A stretch of 62,114 nucleotides of DNA, counting the filler, from Diploschistes diacapsis (taxonomy: Eukaryota), in NCBI GenBank assembly GCA_023645945.1. It is 11 parts of 11 records of this genome, joined end to end, with 100 filler letters (N's around TTAATTAATTAA, not from the genome) between each part and the next. Parts side by side here need not be neighbours in the genome. Positions count along the whole stretch, not along the records: positions 1 to 5,575 come from JALAIB010001521.1; positions 5,676 to 11,248 come from JALAIB010001522.1; positions 11,349 to 16,919 come from JALAIB010001523.1; 8 more parts are not named here. One strand, given 5' to 3'. A program made the translations under genes and the position numbers. A model generated the notes under the pieces. It was not told the DNA's origin and did not search any database. It saw only the letters and a list, made by a program, of their open reading frames with translations. Of the stretch, positions 1 to 12,712 are shown in pieces. Position 1 is the stretch's first letter; every line of letters starts with the position of its first letter.

Positions 1-497
1 GGAGGGGGGCGGTGGGCATAGGGAGGGTAGTATAGATGTTGGCAGCCTTTGGTGGGTTTTGAGTAGGAGCTTCTAGAGACTCGGGCTGGTAGCGTAGAAA
101 TCGAAATATGTTCCTGATGTTCGGAATGGGCAACAATGACCAGAAAAGGGATTTGGAGAAGTTATTTGTAGGTTTCACCTTATATTTAATGTTCAATATC
201 ATGAATCGCGCCATGCCAAGCTGCTTCTAATTCTATCATACAACTCAGTTACAATAAGGTCAGCACTTCCTTACACCGTCTTCATTGGATAACATCCCCT
301 TCCTAGAACCTCGCTCACTTGTCCTCCTCCTGCGTTTCGGAAGAAGGCAGAAGCTATTGCGAAACGCTATAGATTGAGGCCCTCGCCCTCACAAATAACA
401 GCTGACCATGCTCAACATTCCCAACAGCAACTGTATCTTCGGCCAGCTCGGCGCCGCATTTATGCGTAGTCTTCGTAAAGGGTCTGTCTTCACCTAT

Positions 498-862
498 TTA
501 TATCCCAGAACCCGCCTCCCGCCACCGCTCGAGATATAATTCGCCGCTTAACGGGCCCTTCCCTTGCGCGAAAGACCCTTTCAAGGGTTCCATGCGTTTC
601 GTCACAAAAGGCGTGAGCTTCGAAGAGAAATCAACAGGTCTGCAATACACGTAGTTTTCCACATGACGCTTACCTTGAATTCGGAAAGGGTAGCAGGCAC
701 GACGTAGGTGCGGACTTTCTTCGGGTCGATGATATAGCCACCGTGTTTGGTATGCGAACCCATTGACCCCGTTCTTGTTCCCTTGTAGAATCCCTTGTTA
801 ACCATCTTCGTTGTCAGCTGAATGCGACGTATGCGCTTGAAGAGAACCTGTGTTGGCTTCAT
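498..862 (-). CDS. MRPL27: Mitochondrial ribosomal protein mL41 (MRP-L27 family), 2 exons (862-674, 617-498), 102 aa
   Basis: [41 protein letters not shown] matches the mL41 signature; GTAAGC donor at 673 and AAG acceptor at 618 give in-frame LTPFVTKR...[14 protein letters not shown]. Confidence 0.92.
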
Positions 863-1078
863 AGTTGCTGTTGGACTGATGGATAAGAAAAAGAGAGACG
901 ATGGGTTTTTCAGGATTGCGGTTGAATGAAGAATTGCGGAGAGCTTCGACCAATCGGAATCCCAGGAATTAGGCTCGAACTGCCCTCAGCTCCCACTTTG
1001 ATATTACCTGAAAAATCTACATTATTCTCGATGCAATTTATCGCATACATTCAGCACGCTCGCGAGGCTCTTTGAAAG

Positions 1079-4030
1079 ATGCCTGGCAGACAAAGCACGG
1101 GTCCGGCAACCCAGAAGCCAAACAAGCCAGTAAGACGAAAGCGAAACAGGGCTCTTGACGCTTTTGCTATCGCGCAACACGAGATACCGGCGAGGGTCGG
1201 AGTGCGCAAGTCTCGACTGGGTAATGTAGAACAGGAGGGCACAAAGAGACGAAGAGGCGACTCCGAAGAAGGAAGCGACGATGAAGGTCATGGACCTCAA
1301 TCCAAGAAAACCCGGCGTGGCGCCAAGGACAAGCATGGTAACGAAATCGAAGGCGGAAGTGATAGCGAGGGAAATGAATGGATAACAGGGGCTGTCGGGA
1401 GCGATGATGACAGCAGTTTGGACAGTGACGAGGCGATGGGAGAGAGCAATGAGGAAAATATCAAAGATTTCAAGTTTCGGGGCAGCTCTAGTGCAAAGGG
1501 CAGGAAGAGAGGAGCGCAGCCTACAGCAAGACATGGCCTAAAAGAAGACGATGTTGATCTTGACGAAGGCGACGATAGAGTCTACGATTCGGACGAAGAG
1601 AGTGAGGACTTTGCAGCTGGCGCTGTGGACCTGGCGACCGCGCTGGAGCAATCCAGTGGCGATGAACAAGAGCATATAGGAAAAAGAAGTGGTCGCGCCG
1701 GCGCCGCCAAGAATATCGTGCCTCAGTCCGCAGTAAACGAATCGGACGAGGCTCACGATACTGACATTACTATCTCTGATCCCGAAGACGACCAACATGA
1801 AAAGTACAGTGCTTTACGGTCCTTTATCTCTTCTATGGGCAATAATGATCCGTCGAAGAAGGCGGCCAGGAGCCAGCTTGACCTCGCCCAGGAGGCTCTT
1901 CCGCCCTCAGACTACGGTGTCAATCCAAAGCAGAAGCTTACAATCGCGGAGCTTCTACCAACTGTTACGGACCCAATTTTCAGAAAGTCCCTTAAGCTAA
2001 TGGCTGATGACAGTAAGAAACCTTCAAAGCTGGGCAATGGAATACCAGGGAAACTGTCCGTGCCTCTAGCAAAGAGACAGCAGGACAGGCTGGATCGAGC
2101 TGCTGCCTTTGAGAGGAGCAGAGAGACCTTGAATAGGTGGATAGATACCGTGAAGCATAACAGGAGAGCTGAGCATTTGATGTTTCCTCTCCCAGATCCA
2201 GATGCAGAATCTGCCAAGAATAACAATCGTCTACAGTCTGTAACGCACCCGGGGCAGATGACTGATCTCGAATCAACTATCCAGGATCTTTTGGTTCAAA
2301 GCGGTCTTGCTGCAAATGGAAACGGCCAGGAAAAAGAAATTCAAAAATTAGAGGAACTGGCTACAAATGACATGCCCATTGAGGAGGTAAGGGCTCGTAG
2401 GGCAGAGCTCAGGCGAGCGAGGGAGCTTCTCTTTCGGGAAGAGATTCGAGCCAAAAGAATAAAGAAAATCAAAAGCAAATCGTATCGAAGAGTCCACCGT
2501 AAAGAGCGGGAACGCAACCTTCTCCGCGACAAAGAGGCTCTAGTTGCTGCCGGTGTGGTGTCCTCCGAAGATGAGCAGGATCGACTGGACAGACAGAGGG
2601 CCGAGGAGAGAATGAGTCAGAAGCATAGAGAAAGTAGATGGGCGAAAAGTGTCAAGGCCACAGGTCGTGCGGCTTGGGACGAAAATGCACGCGAGGGCGC
2701 CACGGATATGGCGCGAAGGGAGGAAGAACTTCGTAGGCGCATGCAAGGAAAAGAAGTGAGAGACGAAGGATCTCTAGGCTCCGAATCGGAATCGAGCGAT
2801 AATGAACAGTCCGACGATGACGACGAGGCTTTCGCGGCACGCATGAGGGAGAAGCTTGACAAAGTTAAGGACAACCAAAAAGACGATCCTGGAAGCCGTC
2901 TATCGTCCTTGAAATTTATGAAGAAAGCCGAAGCAGCTCGCAAGGCTCGAAACGACGAAGCAGTCGAGCAGCTAAGGGGGGAAATGGACGGTAAAGGTCT
3001 GGAGGATGATGATAGTGAGGATGAGGGAGAGGCGCAGGGAAGACGCCGATACGGTCCTCCCGAATCCACAACCCAAGCTTCGGAGCCTGTCAACAAAACA
3101 GTGAATGAGTTCGAGGAACGATTCGATTCTGACCAAGAAGACGGTCCTGCGGTGGTCCTAGCTGATGAACCCGAAGAAATAGAGGTTACCACCAACAAGC
3201 CCTTCAAAGAAGCAATGCTTCCCACAAAACCCTCTCAACAGAGGAAGAAAGCGCCACAGATTTCTTCCAAGGAAAAGTCCGATTTCTCGGAGAATCCCTG
3301 GCTCGTGGTGCCTAAAAAGTCGTCAAAAATGAAACCATCTGCGGATGATTCAATCATCATCTCTACAATTCCACAGCTCTCCTCCAAAAACTCCGAGCCC
3401 TCCAGAGCCTCCAAAGCAAAAGAGCCAACTGAAAATGGGGTAGTCTTGCACGAAGAATCTGACGATTCCGACGCCTCGTTCTCAGGCTTCTCCCCGCAAC
3501 TACCCTCCAAACAACTAAGAAACCAAGACCTGATCCGACAAGCCTTCGCCGCGGACGACGTCCTCGCCGAAGAGACGTTCGCGGCCGAAAAAGCCGCCCT
3601 GGCAGCCGACGAGGAACCCTCCAAGCCCGTCTCCAACGCCCTCCCGGGCTGGGGCACCTGGGTGGGGCCTGGCCTGAGCAAGAAAGACAAATGCGTGGCC
3701 AAGCGCGCTCCCACCGCCAACGGCGCCAGCAGCAGCGGCACCAGCAGCAAGCTTCCGAGCAACAGGACCTCGGAGGGCGTGCCGGCCGAGAAGCGCGCGG
3801 ACCGCAAGCTGCAGAAGGTGATCATCAGCGAGAAGCGGATGCCGAAGAGCGCCAAGTTCCTGGCGAGCTCGCTGCCGCATCCGTTCGAGACGCGGGCGCA
3901 GTACGAGCGGAGCCTGAGGCTGCCGATGGGGCCCGAGTTCACGACCAAGCAGACGTTTCAGGGCATGACGAAGCCGAGGGTGCTGATGAAGCCGGGGGTT
4001 ATTGCGCCCATGCGGAAGCCTCTAATGTAG
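1079..4030 (+). CDS. UTP14: U3 snoRNA-associated protein 14 (SSU processome), 983 aa, intronless
   Basis: Motifs RAKRIKKIKSKSYRRVHRKE, RAEERMSQKH, LPGWGTWVGPG, VIISEKR...LPHPFETRAQYERSLRLPMGPEF. Confidence 0.95.
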   Translation: MPGRQSTGPATQKPNKPVRRKRNRALDAFAIAQHEIPARVGVRKSRLGNVEQEGTKRRRGDSEEGSDDEGHGPQSKKTRRGAKDKHGNEIEGGSDSEGNEWITGAVGSDDDSSLDSDEAMGESNEENIKDFKFRGSSSAKGRKRGAQPTARHGLKEDDVDLDEGDDRVYDSDEESEDFAAGAVDLATALEQSSGDEQEHIGKRSGRAGAAKNIVPQSAVNESDEAHDTDITISDPEDDQHEKYSALRSFISSMGNNDPSKKAARSQLDLAQEALPPSDYGVNPKQKLTIAELLPTVTDPIFRKSLKLMADDSKKPSKLGNGIPGKLSVPLAKRQQDRLDRAAAFERSRETLNRWIDTVKHNRRAEHLMFPLPDPDAESAKNNNRLQSVTHPGQMTDLESTIQDLLVQSGLAANGNGQEKEIQKLEELATNDMPIEEVRARRAELRRARELLFREEIRAKRIKKIKSKSYRRVHRKERERNLLRDKEALVAAGVVSSEDEQDRLDRQRAEERMSQKHRESRWAKSVKATGRAAWDENAREGATDMARREEELRRRMQGKEVRDEGSLGSESESSDNEQSDDDDEAFAARMREKLDKVKDNQKDDPGSRLSSLKFMKKAEAARKARNDEAVEQLRGEMDGKGLEDDDSEDEGEAQGRRRYGPPESTTQASEPVNKTVNEFEERFDSDQEDGPAVVLADEPEEIEVTTNKPFKEAMLPTKPSQQRKKAPQISSKEKSDFSENPWLVVPKKSSKMKPSADDSIIISTIPQLSSKNSEPSRASKAKEPTENGVVLHEESDDSDASFSGFSPQLPSKQLRNQDLIRQAFAADDVLAEETFAAEKAALAADEEPSKPVSNALPGWGTWVGPGLSKKDKCVAKRAPTANGASSSGTSSKLPSNRTSEGVPAEKRADRKLQKVIISEKRMPKSAKFLASSLPHPFETRAQYERSLRLPMGPEFTTKQTFQGMTKPRVLMKPGVIAPMRKPLM

Positions 4031-4185
4031 ACATATACTTTTTTTTGCCGTGAGATAAAACATAGCATTGCATCAACCCATGGTAACATACGATATTGCA
4101 TTTTGTGATCAATTGGCCCAGTGCCATGCAAGCTTTTCTCGGCAGATTCTATTGTTCGCTGTTTTTAACTTTTGCTTCTGGGGGT

Positions 4186-5575
4186 TCATAGGGCGACCCG
4201 CTCCCACTCGTCCTCCCAGTCAAATGCGCTGATACCACTTTTAGATCGAGCTGCCATGGGACTGCTAGCGGCAACTTCGAGTTTGGAGTCTTCCCTTTTT
4301 TCCGCTGCATTGCTAGAAACTTTACCTTCGGGCGTCGTTGTCTTGGAACCTGAATGGTCCCCTGCGAAGACCTCCAGCCAATCATTACCGAGCAAGACCT
4401 TGGAGTTCCTTTCACCATCCATATCCGCTGCGACATCCAGACCGGCCCATCCACTCGGTAGACCTCTATCGATGACGGCGATGCCCGAGTATGAGGATCC
4501 GTCCTCCGTACGCTCTGTACCTTTGGAGATCTTCCCAGCGCTGGACGAAGGCGCAGCGGAACCTTGCATAGCCTGCTGGTTACCAGGCGGCGGCTCGTTG
4601 GAGGATTCCAGGTCTATCTCGAGGTTCGGCCTCTTGCTTGGCGAGCCTCTGTTGATTATGATGGGCCCCTGAGTCTCGTCTTGGAGTTGTTCTCTTGCCG
4701 TTGCATCGCCTTCGGTGCCGGAGGTTGGAATGGCGCTGGACGAGGTAATGTCGGCGGCTTGCGGCGGGTGAGGGGGCTTATCTTGCCTTTCCTTGGGCTT
4801 TTGTGATTTGGCTTCGAGATTCGGCATTGCATTGGGTGGGACTGTTTTGATCACTTGCGGCGTCAAATCTTTAAGATCCCCTGAAGCGGCTTTGCTGGTT
4901 CTCAGAGGATATGGTGATGCTTGTGGTTGCGGATCCCCCTCGATCTCGTTTTGAGGTGGTCCAACGTGCGTAGGGCCGTTTTTACCCTTCTCGGGATCCT
5001 TTCTTTCGGCTGTTGCGTACTCGCGACTAATCTCGTCTGCTTTGGTATCAATTTTCGCTCTTTCAGGTAGGGCCTTGTCCTCGTGTTTGATTTCCTCTTC
5101 TTTTCTCCTCTTCTTCCGAGGCTTTCCTTCCTTCCTCTCCCTTCGAGATGCATCAAACTTTTTGCGAAGATTACGCAGCTGCTTGTCTGAAAGCATCCAT
5201 GGTCTAGCTAACACCGACTGGAAGGTGTCACACATGGACTGCCAGAACTGCACCTCCTCGGCTGTGGTCCGAATAGGAACTGTAGTAGACGAAAGTTAGC
5301 ATCTACCCATCGAAGCAAATATTCGTATGAGCAAGTTGATACGGAGCAGCGGTGACTGAATCTAAACTTACACATCCTCTCCGCGAGCACCTGAATTTGT
5401 CCCTTGTAGTCCTTCACCCGACCCTTGATCCTTAACACCTTTCCCATCCGCACTACCCTCATATCCAGCTCTTCCCCTCCCATCCACCCTCGTCCCTTCC
5501 ACTCTGGCACAGGCGGCACAATCAACTCGCCCGGTCCCGCCAGTCTCGTTCTTCCCTTTCCATTGCCCTCCCCCC
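4186..5575 (-). CDS. STN1: Stn1-like OB-fold protein (CST telomere complex), 5' end cut by contig edge; intron 5371-5280
   Basis: Spliced product GKVLRIKGRVKDYKGQIQVLAERM-FPIRTTAEEVQFWQSMCDTFQSVLARPWML resembles the fungal Stn1 OB-fold end; GTAAGT donor, GCTAAC branch, CAG acceptor keep frame. Confidence 0.72.
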
Positions 5576-5675
5576 NNNNNNNNNNNNNNNNNNNNNNNNN
5601 NNNNNNNNNNNNNNNNNNNTTAATTAATTAANNNNNNNNNNNNNNNNNNNNNNNNNNNNNNNNNNNNNNNNNNNN
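5576..5675. other. Artificial contig spacer N44-TTAATTAATTAA-N44 (identical spacers at 11249-11348, 16920-17019, 22586-22685, 28247-28346, 33906-34005, 39556-39655, 45200-45299, 50842-50941, 56483-56582)
   Basis: Ten identical 100-nt blocks whose core places stops in all six frames; genes are truncated at them. Confidence 0.99.
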
Positions 5676-6054
5676 GGGATATGGTGGGCGTGGATCTTTC
5701 TTGCCTGCGGACTTCTTGGTGGATGAATGAGCTATAGCGAAAGGGGAGAAGGTATGTGGTAAGGAACCAGGTACTGGAGGAAGAAATGGTTCGCGTCTCG
5801 GACAAGAGAGGAAGGACTGACGATGGAGGGTACAGGAGAGGATGGAGAGGCGCTTGGCAGCTAACTGGCCATCCAAAGAAAAGAGTGGCTGTAGAAGGTA
5901 GCTACAGTAAGCAGCTCGTAGGAGCCACCACAGCTGTAGTCGAGAGCTTTGCTTGACCTTAGCTAATTGCCTTTACCAAGCTCCTCTCGGACAGCACAGT
6001 GGGCCCCCTCGCTTCTACCCTTCCTCCCCCTCCGTAACCCTCATCTTCCTGCAT

Positions 6055-7571
6055 CTACCAAAGCGCCGCAGTCGTCTTCGGCATGTAACACTCCTCCAAC
6101 CTCTTGATTTCCTCCTCGCTGAGCTTGAGCTTCGACGCCTCAACCGCCTGATCGATGCGTTCCTTGCTGCTGATGCCCACAATTGGGTTGACGCCCTTCT
6201 TGGACAGGCACCACGCAGTCGCCACGGCAGCCATCGACACGCCCTTCTCCTTGGCAACGGCCTCGACCACGCCCACCACCTTCTCGTCGACCTCGTTCTC
6301 GTAGTTGACGATCGCCGGGATGAACTTGTCCGTCGTCGAGCGCTTGGTGGATTGGTCTCTCCATGGGCGAGTCAGGACACCGCGGGCGACGGGCGACCAC
6401 TGTGCAGAAGGTCAGTGGATGGGCAGAGAAGAGACTGGAGTAAAGAGTGTTGAGCTGGGAGGAGGTGGGTGGGCCAAAAGTAACAGGTCCAATGGGTCTG
6501 AGAGGGTAGGCACTCACCGGGATGAGACCGACACCGACGTCGTTGCAGTATGGAATCATCTCGCGCTCTTCTTCTCGGTAAAGCAGATTGTAGTAGTTTT
6601 GCATGCTGCGACGGCTGTGTCAATGGATCATTCGCTTAAACAGAGGGTCCCTGTAGTACCTAATGAACTCGTGCCAGCCGCGTGTCTTGGCAATGTTCTG
6701 CAGGGTCTGGAACTCCCAGGCGTGCATCTGTAGCCACCAGTCAGCTCTCTGTGCTCCGACGGACCCAATCCTCAAAGAGTTCTCTCTTACCGAACTGGCG
6801 CCAATGTACCTCACCCACCCCTTCTCCACAACGTCGTTCAGCGCCTTCATGATCTCGACCCTATCTGTGTCACGATCCAGGCGGTGGATCTGCAATACAT
6901 CAATGTACGTGCCGAGCCTCTTCACGCTGGCCTCGACCGCGTCGAATATGTGCTTCCTTGACAGGCCGACCTTGTTCACCATCTCGCCATCGTTCTTGCT
7001 CACGGTGGCAATGGGGTTCTTCACATTGTGAGGAGTAACGCCAAAGTAGCACTTGCTGAGAATGACCAGGTCACTGCGCGGGATGGAGTATTTCTCGATC
7101 GCTTTGGCAATGATCTCCTCGGAACGGCCGTGGGAGTAGATGTCGGCCTGGAAAGGCAAAGTCAGCCTCTGAGCGACGGACGGAAGGGGAAGCAGCGGCA
7201 AGCCGGTTGGGGTCTCACAGTATCCCAGGTGTTTATGCCCTTCTTCCACGCATACTCCAGAATGGGAAGGGCCTCCTCCTCGTTCATGACCCAGTCCTGC
7301 CATTCGGCTGAACGGTTGGTTAGCATCATGCACAATATCATATATCTAGTTTACCAACCGGAGCCCCAGGACATCCCGCCCATGATGACCTTGCTGATCT
7401 TCAACCCCGACTTGCCGAGTCTGGCGCCCGTTGTGGGCTGCGGTCAGCGAACGATCATTTTTAAGCGTGGATGAGAGAGGGATAAAATGTTTTGAAAGGT
7501 TCCGACAAAGCTCGCTCATTGCATAACAAGAACTGGTACGAGCGACGAGTCCCTTACCTCACGTATTCCAT
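6055..7571 (-). CDS. Aldo-keto reductase (aryl-alcohol dehydrogenase/versiconal hemiacetal acetate reductase-like), 7 exons
   Basis: Spliced [25 protein letters not shown]...[18 protein letters not shown]...ILSKCY...[31 protein letters not shown]...[19 protein letters not shown]...WSPVARG; catalytic D/Y/K/H present; canonical introns. Confidence 0.93.
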
Positions 7572-8954
7572 GGTGGCAGTGGTACTTTGTTGATAAGTTC
7601 CTTGGTATTTGCTTGAGTGGTTATTGTGCACGTCGAAGTATAGCAGAAGACAGGAGGTATGAAAAATGGTTTTGAACCTGAGAGCACCCTCCAGCCCTTT
7701 TATAAGGAAACTACATCATACTTCATGCAAGGGCTCTCCGCCCAACCTTAAAGCCGCCTCCATCTCGAACGGACGGACGAGCTGGGCTGCAATAGCATTG
7801 CTCCTGCCAGCAGTTTTCTTTGCCTCGATCCAGGATCATTGCAGCACACGTCCTCTGTCGCTATTCCCACCTCGAATGCACATTCGGCCACAAGCCTAAA
7901 TGCCGGCGCCTGCTCTCTTCGAGCCAACATGCAGAGATCACCGCATTGAGTCGACAGAGGCTTCTATTCAAGTTGGCTTTTTACAATTTGCAAACTCCGT
8001 AGAATAAATAAAACAAGTAAAACCCCTCAGCCCCCTGATTGTCTTCTTGTTGGCGGAGATAAACACGATTAAGTCCTTTCCCCGATTCCATCCCACTCTT
8101 GGCGTCTAATACACAGATAGATATATATCTTGTACGTGCGACCGAAACGGTCCAAAAATGATATATAGCTACTCGAAAAAGTTATCAGAGTGTCTGTAAA
8201 AGAGAAATAATTTAATTCAAGATTACTAGCTTGACTCGTCCCAGATGCTACCACTGAAGCGGAACTTGTCCGTGTGGTCGTACCAGGGCGTTCTCTGATG
8301 TGTTGAGTAGATGCCATCGTCATTTTGCGATGCGCGCGGCTTGGCAAATTGGACAGCACATCGGACAACGGGTGGAGGTAATAATCTTTCAGGCGTGGCT
8401 GTAGTAAAATTGATGCGTCTGGAGCGGACAGGAGGACGGGAGCTAGGGTAACTAGTGCATCTATCTGTATAACGTAGATCATTCATTTTCTCACAAGGAG
8501 CTTTCCCTGTGGCATGGCAAAGGCTGGGCCTGTGGCTATCTGTCCTACCCATACCGAGTAGCTAGGATGCGAGGCTTGTGTAGGGACCTCGCATGCGGTT
8601 GGACAATCCCAGAAAAAAAAAAACATTTATACAGGGGTGGGAGATGCTTTATGTTTTTGCCTTTGCTATACGAATCTGTACATGATCGCAGCAAAAATCC
8701 ATCCATCCAACCCTTGTTGTTGTTGTCGTCACTCTCTCACACTTTCGAGGGAGCTAAAAGTAAAAAGCCCCGAGACTGTCCCCATGCGTAGTCGGGAGCA
8801 ACGCTTGTGCATAAAACCCTGTGAAGCCCCGATAGCGACATTTTTAGGGCAAATAACCCTATCGTAGACCGAACTGGCATAACATATATGAATCGGCCCT
8901 AATTGATCAAAACAAGTCCTCGCGATCTCGAGAGTAGTTACCAGCCTCGACCGT

Positions 8955-10487
8955 TCATTCCCCCTCCTCCTCCTCCTCGTCCTCCTTCCAGCCAAGAAGG
9001 CGATCAACAAGATTCAGAAATCCAGCTTCATGCGTCAAAAACTGCTCGGGGGCAGATTGACGATATTCGGTGCAAGCATCCTCGGATTGCTCAGATCCCT
9101 CGACCACGGATACGCTGGAAAGTACTTGGGGGGTTGAAGATGCTGCTTGGCTCTGAGCCGATGCGTCAGGCTTCTCCACCGAAGGCTCAGGAAACTCAAG
9201 CTTTGTCGCTTCCGGAGTAAAAGCTGCCTGATCGGCATCCCTAGACCGATAAGTGTAGCTCGACGGCACGAGAATCTTGTCGACCACATCGACAGAAGAC
9301 GGTACGAACTGCACCCTGTATGGAGAACATTGGCGAGCATCCGCTGCAAATGCTACGAGCACCGCAACGACCATCGACAGCGCTGCAACAATGCAGGAGA
9401 AACTGAAAACGGCATCCGGGATGGTTATTGTTACGCGGGCTGGGTTTTTATGATCCTCCCCAGGAGCCCCGGGCTCCTTCTGTCGATGGCTGGACTTGTT
9501 CTCGGTCCTCTTCAATTCTTCAAGACTGGATATGTACACAGACCTCCTGTGCTGAGCAGGGTTGTTTTCGAGCCTGTCTTTCCCCGATCGCGATCGATGA
9601 GCACTGGTCGCTCTTGACGCAGAAAGTTGGTCATCCACGAAAGGATCTGCCAGGCTTCCCGCTCTGTTTGACTTTGACACGGAATGCTTGCCGACTGCCG
9701 AGCGAAACCCTGGAAAATTAGGGGATTTGGAGAGTTGTTTCTGGCTTACGGGATGGTCTATTTGTGTTTCTTTTCCAGACGCTTCTTGCGCTTTATGTTG
9801 CTCCAACGCTCGCCCTTTCTCCGGCTCCATCTGTTTTGTGACAGGCTCTGATGGAGGCAACGCCAGCTCGACGTGTGGCAAAATCGATGGACCGTGGTAT
9901 CCTTCGCTTGTCTTGCTTTCTGAAAGTCGTACGGCAGGGGCCGCAGCCAATGAATCAAGGGACGCGGATCTCCTCCTTGTTGCAGAATCCGGAAGAGAAT
10001 GTCTGGAGCAGGCTTTTGGCGACGAAGATCGCTCAGTTTCTTTGGGTGAAAGGACGAGCCCATCTTTCAAGCACGATTTCCTAAATGTAGTTGGGGACGG
10101 TCGATTGCCTTCCCTCGAGTCAATGTGCTGTCCGGCCTCTTTTGTTGGAGGGTTCGGTCTCGTGAGATATGATCTCATGGTCGAGCTCGGAGGCTGAACC
10201 CGTAAGGATCCATGGGGTTGATCGCGATGAATTGGTTGTGGAAGGCGAGTTGGGCTGCTCGCTCGAGGGCTGCCTGGGGATGCCGTCCATATTGACTGCG
10301 CAGCTGCAGGCGATTTCGATTCTGAAGCATTCGGTCCAGAACCGCTTGAGCTGGAGCTGTAGATTGGTCAAATACAATGGGGAAAAGTAAATGGAATCTT
10401 CGCAGGGAACTCTTACTCTGCAACGAATGAGGCTGTTGGCGAAGACATTGAGGAAATGTTTTCGTGCTTCTTCGTTTGAAAGAACAT
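8955..10487 (-). CDS. Hypothetical Ser/Pro-rich protein with one hydrophobic segment near the C-terminus; probable short first exon
   Basis: 407-aa ORF stays open upstream to a TACAG acceptor; a GTAAGA donor near 10416 joins MFFQTKKHENISSMSSPTASFVAD in frame; hydrophobic AVFSFSCIVAALSMVVAVLVAFAA. No family recognised. Confidence 0.5.
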
Positions 10488-12712
10488 CCGCACAATTCCG
10501 ATCCTCTACCGTGTTTTCATGAGGCAGAAAACCCTTTGCTACTGAACAAGGCTTTGTTTAACACAACGCGGTATGTGCCATGACAGAGACACCAACCCAA
10601 CCAGCAAGTGCGTTCCCGTTCTGCTCTGGAGGCCGGATGTTCTTGAATTGTTCGAGTCTCGATCATGGATGGATGCCTTCGACAAGCAGGAAAGTAATCC
10701 TTCCTTTTCCTCACTCCCAAGCAATTTCTCGTCCTTCATTCCTGGATTCTGGTAATCTGAATCTGGACGAGTTGTCCGGGGCATCCGATGGCCAAGGTAT
10801 CCAGGGAGACCTCCGGGTCACCATGGAGAAGGAGTTGACTGGCTGGACCCATCGCGATCCCAGCCTCTTGACAGCGAAGCAAATACGTGATAATAACTTT
10901 CGGTTGCTTTCTACATTGCCAATAGCATTTATTTTCAGGTAGAAGAGAAAAGAAGGAATAAAAATCCAAAGGTAGCGGATGCTGCCAATGTTTTGGTTCG
11001 TAAAAACGCTAAGTCGTATCTGTGCCCGATGGGGGAAACTCTGGATGGGTGATGTAATCAAAGACATCTAAGCAATACACTGAGGCAGCAGCTGCCTATA
11101 TGCTGAAGAGCCATCGGAAAATATATCAATTAACGCAGCGCTAGCCACCCAGATTGTTTTTTAGATCTATGCCTCCTTTACCGTTGAATGCTTGCGAATC
11201 GAGCGAAAGTTAGGCTGCTGCCGCCCTTTGTGTTGCCCACTTGTTCCCNNNNNNNNNNNNNNNNNNNNNNNNNNNNNNNNNNNNNNNNNNNNTTAATTAA
11301 TTAANNNNNNNNNNNNNNNNNNNNNNNNNNNNNNNNNNNNNNNNNNNNGGGGGAAGGTTGGGGAAGGCGGGCATCTCTCCTTTTTTTCGCTGTGTGATAT
11401 GCCATTAATGTTTATGTTCCTTCGGATACGGCAGCAGCGGGATGGAAAGGCGTAGCGAGCAGACCACAATAGATACAACAACTCAGCAATTCAATAACCC
11501 TTCCATATTTCTCTTTCCTATTCGATTTTCATGGTAGCTTTCCTTTTCGCTTTCCCTTCTTATCACCGTACCGCTACCTCTCCACCTCTTCACGAATGCA
11601 CGCATGCTTGCCACGCGCACACAGACGAAGCACCTCCGTCTCGCCACTTCCTTCACCCGACGAACGAACGAACGAACGACGTCAGGCCCACCAGCGCGCT
11701 CCCAAACACCGCTCCCTCCTCGCCCCGCTACTCCGAGTTCTCAAGCTCCCTATTCCCATTTCAAGAAATGAGAAATGTGGGGGGGGGGCAGGATAGGTCA
11801 GTACAGCACGCCTTGTGATTAACTTAACAAGGCTTTTGCTTCCAGAAGTTGGGGACCACCAGGTGCTAATGAAAACTTGCCCAGTACCTTTTTTTTTAAT
11901 AGGGGCCGCTATGGCTAAGGGTGTGATTTGCCCCGGGGGGAGGAGGGCTTGATTGAGGGCACCCCCCTCACGCTGAATAGTTGCCCGGCTATGGCGGAAA
12001 AGGGTCTTTATTGGATATGGAGCTGTCGGGTGTTTCTCTACGCGATTCTTTACTTTGTGGTGTATGATCCTTTCGCAGGCACTTCTGCGGTATCGGAGAA
12101 TATCAGGGGCCTGTTCGGTAGGCATGCAGGAGGGACAGGCCTTTTGCTCATCCTCATCCTCATCTTAGGATATTTACGTAACAAGGGTACTGCAACAGAG
12201 TACTCAGAACCTAAGTACTCAGTTGCCCCGTTACACGGCTGGTGGGTGCCGCAATGACAAATCTGGGACTGAAGACGGACGACATTTGTGCGGGAGCGGG
12301 AGCGGGAAGCGCGACGCTGAGAGCAAGGGAAGGAGGTTTAAAAGAAAATGAATAAATGAAAGATAAGGCGAAAGAAGTGGGAAGAGGAAGGGGAAGGGAA
12401 AAGAGACGAAGAAAGAAAAGGAAAGAAAAGGGAAAGAAGAAAATGAGAGGAGGCGGAGGGCGGAGAGCGGAGAGCGGAATGAGCCAAGAAGGAGCTACAT
12501 TGTACTTGGCGTTGTTATACCACCTGTTTTCTAATTGGGTTTAAAACTCGCCAGTCTTGGCACCCCCTCTGGGTATAGCGTATAGCCTGAAGTAGAAAGT
12601 TCATCTTCTCACACTGAATTAAACATCATTGCAATCCTCCCACCATCACCTTGGTGTAAAATAAATCATCGCTCACAACACACAACCTCCGTGTACACCA
12701 CCCCTCTAAAAT

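Noticed and set aside
2617..3948. Long minus-strand ORFs (202 and 237 aa)
   Set aside because: Antisense shadows of UTP14.
5620..5631. Recurrent palindromic TTAATTAATTAA at ~5.6-kb spacing and ORFs ending XXXLIN
   Set aside because: Always centred in N runs of fixed size; it is an assembly linker.
12356..12544. Lys/Arg-rich 62-aa ORF
   Set aside because: Translation of a polypurine low-complexity tract.
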